Below are positions 8,113 to 17,050 of a DNA stretch of 47,099 bases, in pieces. The translations under genes and the position numbers were made by a program. The notes beneath the pieces were generated by a model. It saw nothing but the letters and a program-made list of their open reading frames with translations, was not told where the DNA came from and ran no database searches. The stretch lies in assembly GCA_021812945.1 (NCBI GenBank), contig JAKAMI010000004.1, forward strand, positions 1 to 47,099. The letters run 5' to 3'. Origin of the DNA: a bacterium (GTDB lineage: Bacteria; Patescibacteriota; UBA1384; XYA2-FULL-43-10; JAKAMI01). Position 1 is the first letter of the stretch. Every line of letters begins with the position of its first letter.

Positions 8113-9900
8113 TCAACTTTTGTTTATGGTCACACTCGTCTCGGCAGAGTTGCCGGCGGCGTCATAAGCCTTGGCTTTCAGAGTATAGCTGCCGTTGGGA
8201 GTACCGTGACTCTGCCAGGTCCGAGAAATGGAGCTTGAGTTCTCGGTAGCCACCAAGGTGTTGTTAATATAAAACTCCATTTTTACCACCCCGACATTGT
8301 CACTGCCGATAGCAGTGATGTTCAGGTTGCCGCTGTCCCAACTGTAAGGACTGGTCGAAGGCGAAGCGATCTGAACCGTCGGGATCTCAGTGTCACCGCC
8401 TGTCTGATTGCCTATAATAATAGTGATCTCTTTGGTAGTGGTGTTGAGACCGTCGCTGGCGACTACTTTGAGCTGGTGATTTCCGTTGGGATAACTTAAG
8501 GTGTTTATGGCGACCGCAAAGGGGGCGATCGTTTTGGTATCCAGAAGAGCGCTATCAAGATAAAAATTGGCGTTGTCAACCTTTACATCGTCCGTGATAT
8601 CGGCACTGAAATTGATTGTGCCGCTAACGGTTTGCCCGTTGGTCGGCGAGGTTATATTCACCGCCGGCGGAGTCGAATCGACGGCCTGGTTGTTTATCGA
8701 AATATTCTCGGCGGCATCTTGGCAATTGTTGCTTTGGTCGCAGGCTGTCGCTTTCAAACTGTAAGCGCCGTTTTGCTTGCTTTTAGAATTGAAACTAAGT
8801 TGCCAGAAATCTCCGGACTTGGCAGCGAGTCCAAGTGAGTCGCTGTTCAAAAAGTATTCGACTTTGGAAACCGCCACGTTGTCGGTAGCGGCGGCCGCCA
8901 AGCTGATCGTACCAGTTAGCACGGCATTGGCCGCCGGACTCAGGATCGAGATGGTTGGGGCGACGGTATCGGAAGCTCCGCTAGCCCGACCGAAACTCAA
9001 AAACCAATTGCGAGTCCCGGGGTCGGAAGGGTAGCCGTAAGTAGCGGCCATCTGCTGATTTTTGAACGGGGAAAAAAGATATTTGTAATCTTCGGCCACA
9101 ATTTCCGCATCGCAATTGGCCCAGCCTTTGGAGTAATCAGGCGCGGTAGTAGTCATGGAGAGCGGGCGGGCTTGGTAGTAACTATCGGGAAATCTGGCGC
9201 TATATGGGATCTGATAGGTCAGCCATTTATTATAAAGAGAAAAATGGTGACCGTATTCGTGAGCCAGAGTCATCTCCAGATACTCTAAAATGTAGGGCGA
9301 GCTGGCATAATAGTAAACATTTAAATCGATGTAGGCATAAACTGAAGTGATGCGGGTACCATCGGTAGAATAGGCTCCGTTGTACATCCCGCTCCAGCCG
9401 GAGGCGCCGGCATCGACGAAGCGGATTTCGTGGAGCGAGGGCAACTCTTGTTTGGTCCAGAGAAGCGAGGTCGCCATATAACTTTTGAGCGAGTTGATCA
9501 AATAACCGTATTTGCCGGTGGTATCGATCACGTTCAGGTCATAAGGAGTACCGGCGGTTGGGGTTTGGCTGGCGAAACCGTTGAGTTTGCTGACAGTCTC
9601 GGAGCCGATCGATCCCTCGGAGACTATGGTGGTTTTGCCGACGGTTTTAGTCGAAAGGTCGGTATTTTGATGAACTGGAGGATTTTTATCAAGGGCGTTT
9701 AAGGCGTCTTTGGAGACGTCAACATTTCCAGCAGTTGTGTTTCCCGAATGGTTTAGAGTTACCGAAATCTGCTTGTTCCGTGGGACCAAATAGCTAAAAA
9801 TAAGATAACCACAGAAAGCCAAAAACAAGACCAGGAAAATCCCCGGCACAAGGTAATCGTGAAACTTATGAGGTTTTTTAGGGATGAAGTCTGGATCCAT
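8113..9900 (-). CDS. Membrane-anchored zinc metallopeptidase-like protein with three bacterial Ig-like domains
   Basis: N-terminal TM helix; HEYGHH plus downstream AEIVAEDY; three DTxAP/PP-type Ig repeats ending A.A.D..GN. Confidence 0.8.
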   Translation of the reverse strand: MDPDFIPKKPHKFHDYLVPGIFLVLFLAFCGYLIFSYLVPRNKQISVTLNHSGNTTAGNVDVSKDALNALDKNPPVHQNTDLSTKTVGKTTIVSEGSIGSETVSKLNGFASQTPTAGTPYDLNVIDTTGKYGYLINSLKSYMATSLLWTKQELPSLHEIRFVDAGASGWSGMYNGAYSTDGTRITSVYAYIDLNVYYYASSPYILEYLEMTLAHEYGHHFSLYNKWLTYQIPYSARFPDSYYQARPLSMTTTAPDYSKGWANCDAEIVAEDYKYLFSPFKNQQMAATYGYPSDPGTRNWFLSFGRASGASDTVAPTISILSPAANAVLTGTISLAAAATDNVAVSKVEYFLNSDSLGLAAKSGDFWQLSFNSKSKQNGAYSLKATACDQSNNCQDAAENISINNQAVDSTPPAVNITSPTNGQTVSGTINFSADITDDVKVDNANFYLDSALLDTKTIAPFAVAINTLSYPNGNHQLKVVASDGLNTTTKEITIIIGNQTGGDTEIPTVQIASPSTSPYSWDSGNLNITAIGSDNVGVVKMEFYINNTLVATENSSSISRTWQSHGTPNGSYTLKAKAYDAAGNSAETSVTINKS

Positions 9901-10009
9901 GCTAGTTTTATTCTAGCAAAAATTAAAAAAAGTTGGTATCCTAGGGATAGTGACAGTTATCAGTGGTCGGTTTTCCGCCGAAGTTATAATAAAATAGTTA
10001 TTACAAGTT

Positions 10010-10462
10010 ATGAAAAAGAATGTACGCTACAAAAACGAGTATCAAAACAAAGGGCATGAGTGTAAAAATCTGGTGATTCGCTGTATGGACTTTCGGTTTA
10101 CGCCATACATAAAAGGGCTGCTGGACCAAATGTATGCCGATGAGGGCGGGTTTGAGAGTTACGATTCGCCCGGTGTCGGCGCCGGAGCTTCAAAAGCGAT
10201 CATTGACCAAGGTTCGCGGCCAGTGGTCTTTTCTTCTATCGACATTGCCGTTCAAAAACATCAGGCCAAAAGGGTCGTAGTGATCGATCACATAGATTGC
10301 GGCGCCTACGGGGGTAGCAGCCAATTCGAAAGTCCTGAAAAAGAGGAGGAGTTTCACATTATCAAACTGAAAGAGGCCGGAGAGATTCTGAAAGATAAAT
10401 ATCCGGAGCTTGAAGTAGTCTTGCTTTATCAAGACTGGGACATGCTAACGCTTATAAAATGA
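10010..10462 (+). CDS. Beta-carbonic anhydrase-like protein
   Basis: Zinc-ligand motifs CMDFR and HIDCGAYG. Confidence 0.78.
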   Translation: MKKNVRYKNEYQNKGHECKNLVIRCMDFRFTPYIKGLLDQMYADEGGFESYDSPGVGAGASKAIIDQGSRPVVFSSIDIAVQKHQAKRVVVIDHIDCGAYGGSSQFESPEKEEEFHIIKLKEAGEILKDKYPELEVVLLYQDWDMLTLIK

Positions 10463-10562
10463 AGCAGTGACCGCCACAGATCTACGCCACAGATTGGGAC
10501 CGATCGGCCTTGAATCAGTGGAGTTCATCAGTGGAGGTTGCTCAACAATAAATATTGGAGGG

Positions 10563-11384
10563 ATGATGGCAGCGGATCCGATTCAAAATAACCAATCTGC
10601 AACTAATGCGCCGGTGATGAGCAACGATCTAAACACTAAGGCAACTTCTGTCAAAGAGGAGGAACTTCCAAACCCGCTAGACGATGCGACTAAAGCGAAT
10701 TTACCGGACTTCTCTCAGGTCAGCGACAAGAATCAACTTGATCAAGATGTAGTGGCTAAGGAGCCCGATTTGACGACGGAGGAAAAACTACCGGAGGAGC
10801 TGAAACTTTCTTCGGAGAACGAGGCGGGACAACCCCAAGGCTCTGAGATGATGCAGCCTACGGTTTCGCCACCGACCACGACCGAGCCGGCGGTTTCCGA
10901 TCAAACACAACCGGATCAACCGGTTGCCGCCTCGGCGAATCCACAAATCAACCAGTCCATGAGTCAGCCAATCCCCAATCCAGACTTGGCAAATGCTTTC
11001 GGTGTCGGCCAGCCGCAAACTGCGGCACTATCCTCTCAAATACCGGATGAGATTAAAGGCTGGAACTGGGGGGCATTTTTCCTAAGTTGGATCTGGGCTA
11101 TCGGCAACCAAGTTTGGATCGGGCTTTTAGCCATCCTCGGCCCTCTATGGCTACCGATGATAATTATTTTAGGGGTAAAGGGCAACGAGTGGGCTTGGCA
11201 GGCTCGCAAGTTCGCCTCGGTCGAGGATTTTAGAAAGACTCAATCAGCCTGGGTTAAATGGGGTATAGTATTGTTCGCTCTGCAAGTCATTATTATCATC
11301 TTGGTCGTTTCAGCCGTAGTCAGCGCCTACCGTTCCAACTCCACCACCACAACCTCCACTCCGACTTACCAGTATCAATATTAG
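10563..11384 (+). CDS. Membrane protein with disordered N-terminus and conserved WNWGAF domain
   Basis: GGAGGG RBS before ATG 10563; PDEIKGWNWGAFFLSWIWAIGN...GNEWAW motif; TM helices. Confidence 0.75.
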   Translation: MMAADPIQNNQSATNAPVMSNDLNTKATSVKEEELPNPLDDATKANLPDFSQVSDKNQLDQDVVAKEPDLTTEEKLPEELKLSSENEAGQPQGSEMMQPTVSPPTTTEPAVSDQTQPDQPVAASANPQINQSMSQPIPNPDLANAFGVGQPQTAALSSQIPDEIKGWNWGAFFLSWIWAIGNQVWIGLLAILGPLWLPMIIILGVKGNEWAWQARKFASVEDFRKTQSAWVKWGIVLFALQVIIIILVVSAVVSAYRSNSTTTTSTPTYQYQY

Positions 11385-11412
11385 TTGGATATCAGCGATC
11401 TATAAAGCGATA

Positions 11413-11436
11413 ACGGCCCCCGCGAGGGAGGCCGTT
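11413..11436. terminator. Hairpin terminator
   Basis: AACGGCC...GGCCGTT inverted repeat between convergent genes. Confidence 0.55.
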
Positions 11437-11474
11437 ATCGGTCAGAACGTGCGGAGTTGTTGAGAGCTCGACCT

Positions 11475-11570
11475 CTACGGAGTATATCGCGCGAGCACAA
11501 TTTCTGCGGCGATGAGAGTGAAAAAGACCCCCCAAAGCCACCAAGGACACTCCTTGAGCGCATCTCGCAT
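11475..11570 (-). CDS. 31-aa single-TM peptide (MRDALKECPWWLWGVFFTLIAAEIVLARYTP)
   Basis: GGAGG RBS shortly upstream of ATG; hydrophobic core; absent from the ORF track. Confidence 0.55.
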   Translation of the reverse strand: MRDALKECPWWLWGVFFTLIAAEIVLARYTP

Positions 11571-11635
11571 TTCTGCCTCCCTTCACAACGGATCGCTGGC
11601 TGACTCTAGTGGTTCATTCTCAATTGTGTATTGGC

Positions 11636-11746
11636 TTAGCCGAAAAAGAGGATGGTCAGGACGAAGACGACGACCAAAAGACCGAAGCAGGTGTCGCCGC
11701 TATAGCAGGCCGTGCCGTAGCTGGAAGATTGCTTGTTGTCTGCCAT
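11636..11746 (-). CDS. 36-aa single-TM peptide (MADNKQSSSYGTACYSGDTCFGLLVVVFVLTILFFG)
   Basis: Manual translation; the FGLLVVVFVLTILFFG C-terminus resembles YjcZ/SscA-type small peptides. Confidence 0.5.
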   Translation of the reverse strand: MADNKQSSSYGTACYSGDTCFGLLVVVFVLTILFFG

Positions 11747-11960
11747 GAGAAATTTATCAATGCTAATGGCTTCATATTAGCAAAAAATCGAAGCGTCGAA
11801 AATACTTCTCCTACTGAAGTACTAATTTCACGAATGTGCGGATATCATTGTTTGCGTCATCCTGGACTAGCATAACGATGAAAGATTCCATAATAAAATG
11901 GTACAGACCGTGGAATTGTTTGTCGACGATTCCTCAGAATAACGTACTAAATCAGACTCC

Positions 11961-12638
11961 TTAGGATGATGTAGATACCAGCTTGCCGTCGCGAAGACGG
12001 AAGGTTTGTTTTGCGTCCTTGGAGATTGATTCATCGTGGGTTACGGCAACGATGGTAGTATTTTCAGTTTTAGCCAAGTTTTCAAGCAATTTAACGATTA
12101 CCTTACCAGTGGCGGAATCAAGATTGCCGGTCGGTTCATCGGCCAGTATTAGGCTTGGTTTGTTGGATAGCGCTCTGGCTATAGCGACTCTTTGCTGTTC
12201 GCCACCGGAGAGTCTGGTAGGTTTTCGGTTAAATTTTTCTTCGGTAATACCAACCTCTTTTAGAAGCCTGGCGGCTCTTTTTTTACGCTCGGTTTTTTTG
12301 AGGCCGGCAAATTCCATTGGCAGCATAACATTTTCAATCGCCGTCAAATTTGGCACCAGATTGTAACCCTGAAAGACGAAACCGATTTTGTTCCGACGAT
12401 AATCAATCAGTTTGCGATCGCCCAGCCGGCAGATATCCCTGTCGTCGACCAGAATCTGGCCGCTGGTTGGGCGATCAAGCGCTCCCAAAAGTGAAAGCAG
12501 AGTAGTTTTACCGCTGCCGCTCTTGCCGACAATGGCGGCAAAAGTTCCGTCCGCCACTTCAAGCGAGATGTTATCAACAGCATTGACGAAGCTGTCGCCG
12601 GATTTGAATTTTTTACTGACAGACATGATCTTAAGCAT
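11961..12638 (-). CDS. ABC transporter ATP-binding protein (LolD/MacB type)
   Basis: GKSGSGKTT, LSGGEQQRVAIARAL, ILADEPTGNLD, VTHD. Confidence 0.95.
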   Translation of the reverse strand: MLKIMSVSKKFKSGDSFVNAVDNISLEVADGTFAAIVGKSGSGKTTLLSLLGALDRPTSGQILVDDRDICRLGDRKLIDYRRNKIGFVFQGYNLVPNLTAIENVMLPMEFAGLKKTERKKRAARLLKEVGITEEKFNRKPTRLSGGEQQRVAIARALSNKPSLILADEPTGNLDSATGKVIVKLLENLAKTENTTIVAVTHDESISKDAKQTFRLRDGKLVSTSS

Positions 12639-12707
12639 ATCTACCTCGAATTTTTAATTTTCAATGAATTTTAAATTCGAAAATGTTAAAAATTATAAAA
12701 TTATAAA

Positions 12708-14099
12708 TTATTCGGAACGAAGGACTTCCGCCGGACGGATTTTAGAAATAATGAAGGCGGGAATGGCGCTACCCAATATTGCGACTAGTACAGCTGCCCC
12801 GAGACCGTATAAAATAATCTCAGCCCCAACATTTGTATGAAGATTGCGTAGGGCATTTCCCGCACTGTTGCCAAAGCCGGCTCCCAATCTTAACAATTGT
12901 CGTCCGGTGCCGCCACCGGCTGTTGTTTGGTTCGAAGATACGGCATTATTAACCAAAACACTGAGAATAGGATTGCTCAGAGCCAGACCCAGGATCATGC
13001 CGACTACGCTGCTGATCAGGGTTAACACCAACGATTCAACGGTAAATTGAGTGGCGATTATAAAGTTGGAAGCGCCTATAGCTTTTAACACTCCGATTTC
13101 GCGCCGGCGTTCACGAACGATCATTACCATGGTTAGAAAGATGATTATTGATCCGGCCACCAACGCGCCCACCAGGCTATAAAACGAAATGTTTTTAATA
13201 TTTTGCAGGGGAGCGATGGCCTGATTGGAGGCGTCTTGTTGAGAAGAAACGTCTACGGTGCTGCCGAGTTTATCTTTGATTGCCGTTTGGACAGCTGAGA
13301 CATTATCAATAGAGTTGACCTCAACAATCACAGTGTTGATAGCACCGGCTTGGCCGGAAAGATTTTGCACGGTTTTTATCGGCATTACTATGGTGGCATT
13401 GGCGAACTCGCTGCCGGCATCAAAAATTCCAGTCACGGTAATTGTCTGCCCGTAAGCTAGAAAAGTTGAACCGACCGACAGGTTATTTTTGGCCGCCAGG
13501 GCGGTGCCGATCATTGCCAGATTATCTGAAGAATTACTGTCAATCTTGTTACCGCTTAAGATGTCGAATTTGCTTATACCAAGAGAACTAAGACCGGTCA
13601 CAGAACTTAAATCGCTAACTCCAGTTAACATAATCGGCACAGAAAAAGTACCCAAAGAGGTAGAGCCGCCGTTTTCGTTCGCCCGCTGGCGGTTGCCAAA
13701 AGAGCCCGGCGAAATGGAAGAATCCAGATTGGTGGTATTATTGGCGATTGTATTGTTTTGTGATTGCGGGCCGCCTGTCGGAATAGTGGAACCGTTTTTT
13801 CTTAATCTATCAGATAGGGTTTTGGTAACCGAAGCGACATTCGGAATCGCGGAAATGTCGGAGGCTTTCTGATCGGTCAGTAGTTCGCCGCCACCCTCAA
13901 AACCACGGACTCCGGCGGGGGAGACTGTAACGATATTGCCGATAGAGCTTTTAACATTATCAATCTTTGCCTGAACGGTTTTTAGAGACATTAGCATCAC
14001 AAGCGCCATGCTGATTGAGACTGCTAAAATAAAAACGATCGAAATAGTACGAATACTGTTTCTGAAAGCATTCAAAAAACCGCGTTTGATTGTGCCCAC
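12708..14099 (-). CDS. ABC permease, FtsX/MacB family
   Basis: N-terminal TM, large extracytoplasmic domain, ERRREIGVLKAIGA motif, C-terminal PAEVLR. Confidence 0.92.
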   Translation of the reverse strand: MGTIKRGFLNAFRNSIRTISIVFILAVSISMALVMLMSLKTVQAKIDNVKSSIGNIVTVSPAGVRGFEGGGELLTDQKASDISAIPNVASVTKTLSDRLRKNGSTIPTGGPQSQNNTIANNTTNLDSSISPGSFGNRQRANENGGSTSLGTFSVPIMLTGVSDLSSVTGLSSLGISKFDILSGNKIDSNSSDNLAMIGTALAAKNNLSVGSTFLAYGQTITVTGIFDAGSEFANATIVMPIKTVQNLSGQAGAINTVIVEVNSIDNVSAVQTAIKDKLGSTVDVSSQQDASNQAIAPLQNIKNISFYSLVGALVAGSIIIFLTMVMIVRERRREIGVLKAIGASNFIIATQFTVESLVLTLISSVVGMILGLALSNPILSVLVNNAVSSNQTTAGGGTGRQLLRLGAGFGNSAGNALRNLHTNVGAEIILYGLGAAVLVAILGSAIPAFIISKIRPAEVLRSE

Positions 14100-14154
14100 T
14101 TAGACCTCCGTGAATAGCCAATAGTTGATAATTATTATGAATAAAGATCGCAAC

Positions 14155-14193
14155 AAAAACGGCCGGCGCAGGGAGGGGACACCGGCCGTTTTT
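14155..14193. terminator. Hairpin/terminator within operon
   Basis: AAAAACGGCCGG...CCGGCCGTTTTT. Confidence 0.55.
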
Positions 14194-14202
14194 GCTATTA
14201 TC

Positions 14203-14673
14203 CTAGCGGATAACGATTGAAGTCGCTTGAACGACGCCGTTGCTGTCTGACGCGCCGGAAACGACGATATTGTTGCCAACAATCAAGTCTAAGAGTTTGG
14301 CAATCTGGCTGTTTTTGCTAAACGAAGTGGTAGATTGGACATTAACCGCGATATCTTTAGTTCCGTTATTGATCGTCAAAGTATTGCCGTCAATCTTTGT
14401 TACGTCGCCGCTAACGCCTCGGTTAAGAAAACGCCGACCGATGGTTCCGCGACCCGCCATCCCGCGTCCGAGAAAGGCATTTTTTCCGATATTTACTTTG
14501 TTTTCAAATCTCGCGTGCCTGTTAGTGAATCTTGCCGCAGCCATCGCTCCGCCCAGAACAATTAAAACACCCACGACAACAAGCACTATTTTAGTTCCGT
14601 AATGATGATAACGTCCATCTTTCAGCTTGCTGTCATCTTGATTTTTAATTTCCTCAATCTTGTTCTCGTTCAT
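14203..14673 (-). CDS. Membrane-anchored OB-fold (DUF5666-like) protein
   Basis: TM helix followed by VSGDVTKIDGNTLTI...LIVGNNIVVSG...ATSIVI. Confidence 0.7.
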   Translation of the reverse strand: MNENKIEEIKNQDDSKLKDGRYHHYGTKIVLVVVGVLIVLGGAMAAARFTNRHARFENKVNIGKNAFLGRGMAGRGTIGRRFLNRGVSGDVTKIDGNTLTINNGTKDIAVNVQSTTSFSKNSQIAKLLDLIVGNNIVVSGASDSNGVVQATSIVIR

Positions 14674-14878
14674 ATACTCCTTCCTAAACTACACAGATTT
14701 TTACACGGATTGACACCGATATGGTTGATTGATTATATCACGCCGATAACCATCACCGTGAGAGGTAATGGTTATCGCCGATAGTTCTTAATCTAACCCG
14801 GGCAATTCATTGTAATCCTCCAAACATTTACTTTTACTCTCTAGCCGTTTTCGACCGCCTCAATCATAAAACAGCTAT

Positions 14879-14896
14879 CTGAGAAAAAGCTTAAGA
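14879..14896 (-). promoter_or_regulatory. Putative response-regulator box upstream of the DUF5666/ABC operon
   Basis: CTGAGAAAAAGCTTAAGA; near-copy at 16872-16889; about 10 nt upstream of a minus-strand TATGAT. Confidence 0.5.
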
Positions 14897-14925
14897 TAAT
14901 AGCACTATCGTCCCCGCGGTGACGA

Positions 14926-15951
14926 CTAGATAGGCAACTTGACGGTAAACTCGGAGCCGTGGTCATGAGAGGAGGCAACGTAAATATCTCCATGGTGGAT
15001 CTCGGTGATACGTTTGGCTATTGATAGCCCCAGACCGTAACCGTCGCATTTTTCTTTGCAACGCGATTGGTCGGCGCGGTAAAAGCGGTTGAAGATGTGG
15101 GGCAGATCGCCGGCTTTAATGCCCATGCCTTGATCCTTGACCCTGATTACCGCATATTTTTTGTCTTCACGGATATCAATCGAAATCATGGTCTTTTCAG
15201 GACTGTATTTGACGGCGTTGTCCAACAAAATTACAAACAATTCGATCAAACTAGCTTTATCACCCAGAACCTTTGTGCGAAGAGATCCTGAATCAAGTTC
15301 AGGATGACAATTAATGGTAATTAATTTCTTTTCTGCCAAGCCGGCGACTCTCTCGTAAGCCTCAGTGATCATCTCGGACAATACTACTTCCCTAAAATCA
15401 TGCCTATCATCACTATCGTACTTAGCCAGCTTGAGCAAGGCATTGGATAAAGATTCTAATTTGCCGATTTCTTCCAAATTGCTCTGAAGAAGTTTTTTGG
15501 CCTCATCACCGGAGAGTTTTTTATCACGCAAATTAACCTCAATTTCGCTGCGCATAGCTGTCAAGGGAGTTTTTAGTTCGTGGCTGGCGTCGGCCGTAAA
15601 GCGATTTTGGGCTTCGACTATTTCCTCAATAGGTTTCAAAGTCCGCCGCGCGAAAAAATAACCGCCGGCTGAGGAAAGGATCAAGATCAAAATATTCAGA
15701 TAGATTAAATTGGTCTCGATATGACCATTGCTCTCGTCGATTTGCTGTCGTCTGGCGTTTTCTATCTCATCAAACGGGAACGGCAGCCGATTATTACCGG
15801 GAAGATTGCGAATGATAGATGTTTGCCTGTCCAGGCCCCGACCGATCTCGGCCGAAGAGATTTGATATAAAACAACCGAAAAAGCTATGCTGATGATCAT
15901 GACAACCAGCACGTAGAAAACTGTTAATCTGAGATAAGCGGAGTGGAACAC
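14926..15951 (-). CDS. Sensor histidine kinase
   Basis: Two TM helices; H-box DASHELKTPL; N-box LLDNAVKY; G-boxes DQGMGI and GYGLGLSI. Confidence 0.95.
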   Translation of the reverse strand: MFHSAYLRLTVFYVLVVMIISIAFSVVLYQISSAEIGRGLDRQTSIIRNLPGNNRLPFPFDEIENARRQQIDESNGHIETNLIYLNILILILSSAGGYFFARRTLKPIEEIVEAQNRFTADASHELKTPLTAMRSEIEVNLRDKKLSGDEAKKLLQSNLEEIGKLESLSNALLKLAKYDSDDRHDFREVVLSEMITEAYERVAGLAEKKLITINCHPELDSGSLRTKVLGDKASLIELFVILLDNAVKYSPEKTMISIDIREDKKYAVIRVKDQGMGIKAGDLPHIFNRFYRADQSRCKEKCDGYGLGLSIAKRITEIHHGDIYVASSHDHGSEFTVKLPI

Positions 15952-16055
15952 TTAATAATTTTTAATTTTCAACTTACAATTTTCAATAAAATCGCAATTC
16001 TTAAATGTTTAAGCGTTGAGCCTTGAAAATTCAATGAAAATTGCAAAATTGAAAA

Positions 16056-16730
16056 CTAGGCTTGGATTTTGTACCCAAAGCCTCTCACCGTTTGAATCAG
16101 ATCCGGTTTTTTGGGGAAAGGTTTGTCGATTTTATTTCTTAAATATCCAATATAAACTTCGACAGTGTTGGGTAAAATGTCAGCGTCGTAGTCCCAAACG
16201 TGGGAGATAATATTGTCTTTAGTTAATATCCTGCCGCTGTTTCTCATTAGATATTCAAGTAGGGCAAATTCTTTGCTTGAAAGCTCGATATTTTTGTTAC
16301 CGCGATTGACCCGAAAAGTGACCGGATTAAGCTCTAAGTCATCAGTCTTTATGATGTTGTCCTCAACCTTTTGTGGACGTCTAAGGAGGGCTCGGACGCG
16401 AGCCAGAAGTTCCTCAAAAGCGAAAGGTTTGACCAAGTAATCGTCGGCGCCGGCATTTAGGCCTTCGACCCGGTCTTCTACGCGATCCTTGGCGGTTAAA
16501 ATCAAGATTGGCGTATTGTTTTTCTTCTGACGCAGCAGCTTACAAATTTCAATGCCGTCGATCTCCGGAAGCATCCTATCAAGTATGATGAGATCATACT
16601 CTATGGTCCGGGCCTGCCCTAAACCGTCTTTGCCGTCATACGAAACATCAACAGCAAAATGTTCCTGTTCTAAGCCTTTCTTGATAGCGTTTGCGATCTT
16701 GTGATCGTCCTCAACAATTAGTATTCTCAT
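16056..16730 (-). CDS. OmpR/PhoB-family response regulator
   Basis: MRILIVEDD, LDRMLP, GADDYLVKPF, NTVEVYIGYLRNKID, TVRGFGY. Confidence 0.96.
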   Translation of the reverse strand: MRILIVEDDHKIANAIKKGLEQEHFAVDVSYDGKDGLGQARTIEYDLIILDRMLPEIDGIEICKLLRQKKNNTPILILTAKDRVEDRVEGLNAGADDYLVKPFAFEELLARVRALLRRPQKVEDNIIKTDDLELNPVTFRVNRGNKNIELSSKEFALLEYLMRNSGRILTKDNIISHVWDYDADILPNTVEVYIGYLRNKIDKPFPKKPDLIQTVRGFGYKIQA

Positions 16731-16871
16731 AAACCTTCGGTTTATCCCTCACGGATCTACAAATCAAGCGAAAGTACAAATAGCACGCGAAGCCCATTTG
16801 TATTTTTGTCAAATTTGTATATTCGCGAAGGGTTTAGGTAACTCTGTTACCAAACAGAGTATAGCAGGAAA

Positions 16872-16889
16872 CTGAGAAAAAGTTGAGAA
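16872..16889 (-). promoter_or_regulatory. Putative autoregulatory response-regulator box
   Basis: TGAGAA-N5-TGAGAA direct repeat 8 nt upstream of a minus-strand TGcTATACT -10. Confidence 0.55.
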
Positions 16890-16900
16890 CGAAGCAGCCC

Positions 16901-16930
16901 TTGACAAGAGATAGTTAAGGTACTAAACTA
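16901..16930 (+). promoter_or_regulatory. Sigma70 promoter with overlapping MarR-type operator
   Basis: TTGACA-17-TAAACT; imperfect palindrome TAGTTAAGGTACTAAACTA at 16912-16930. Confidence 0.6.
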
Positions 16931-17050
16931 AGTTGGTGGACTAGCCACTGTTGAGACAATAGGAAGACATAGTTAAGACGTTGTTAGAAATTGTAACGGC
17001 AATGTCTAACTACCGTCTCGCTATTTCTATCAACTTCTAACTGTGCTTAA

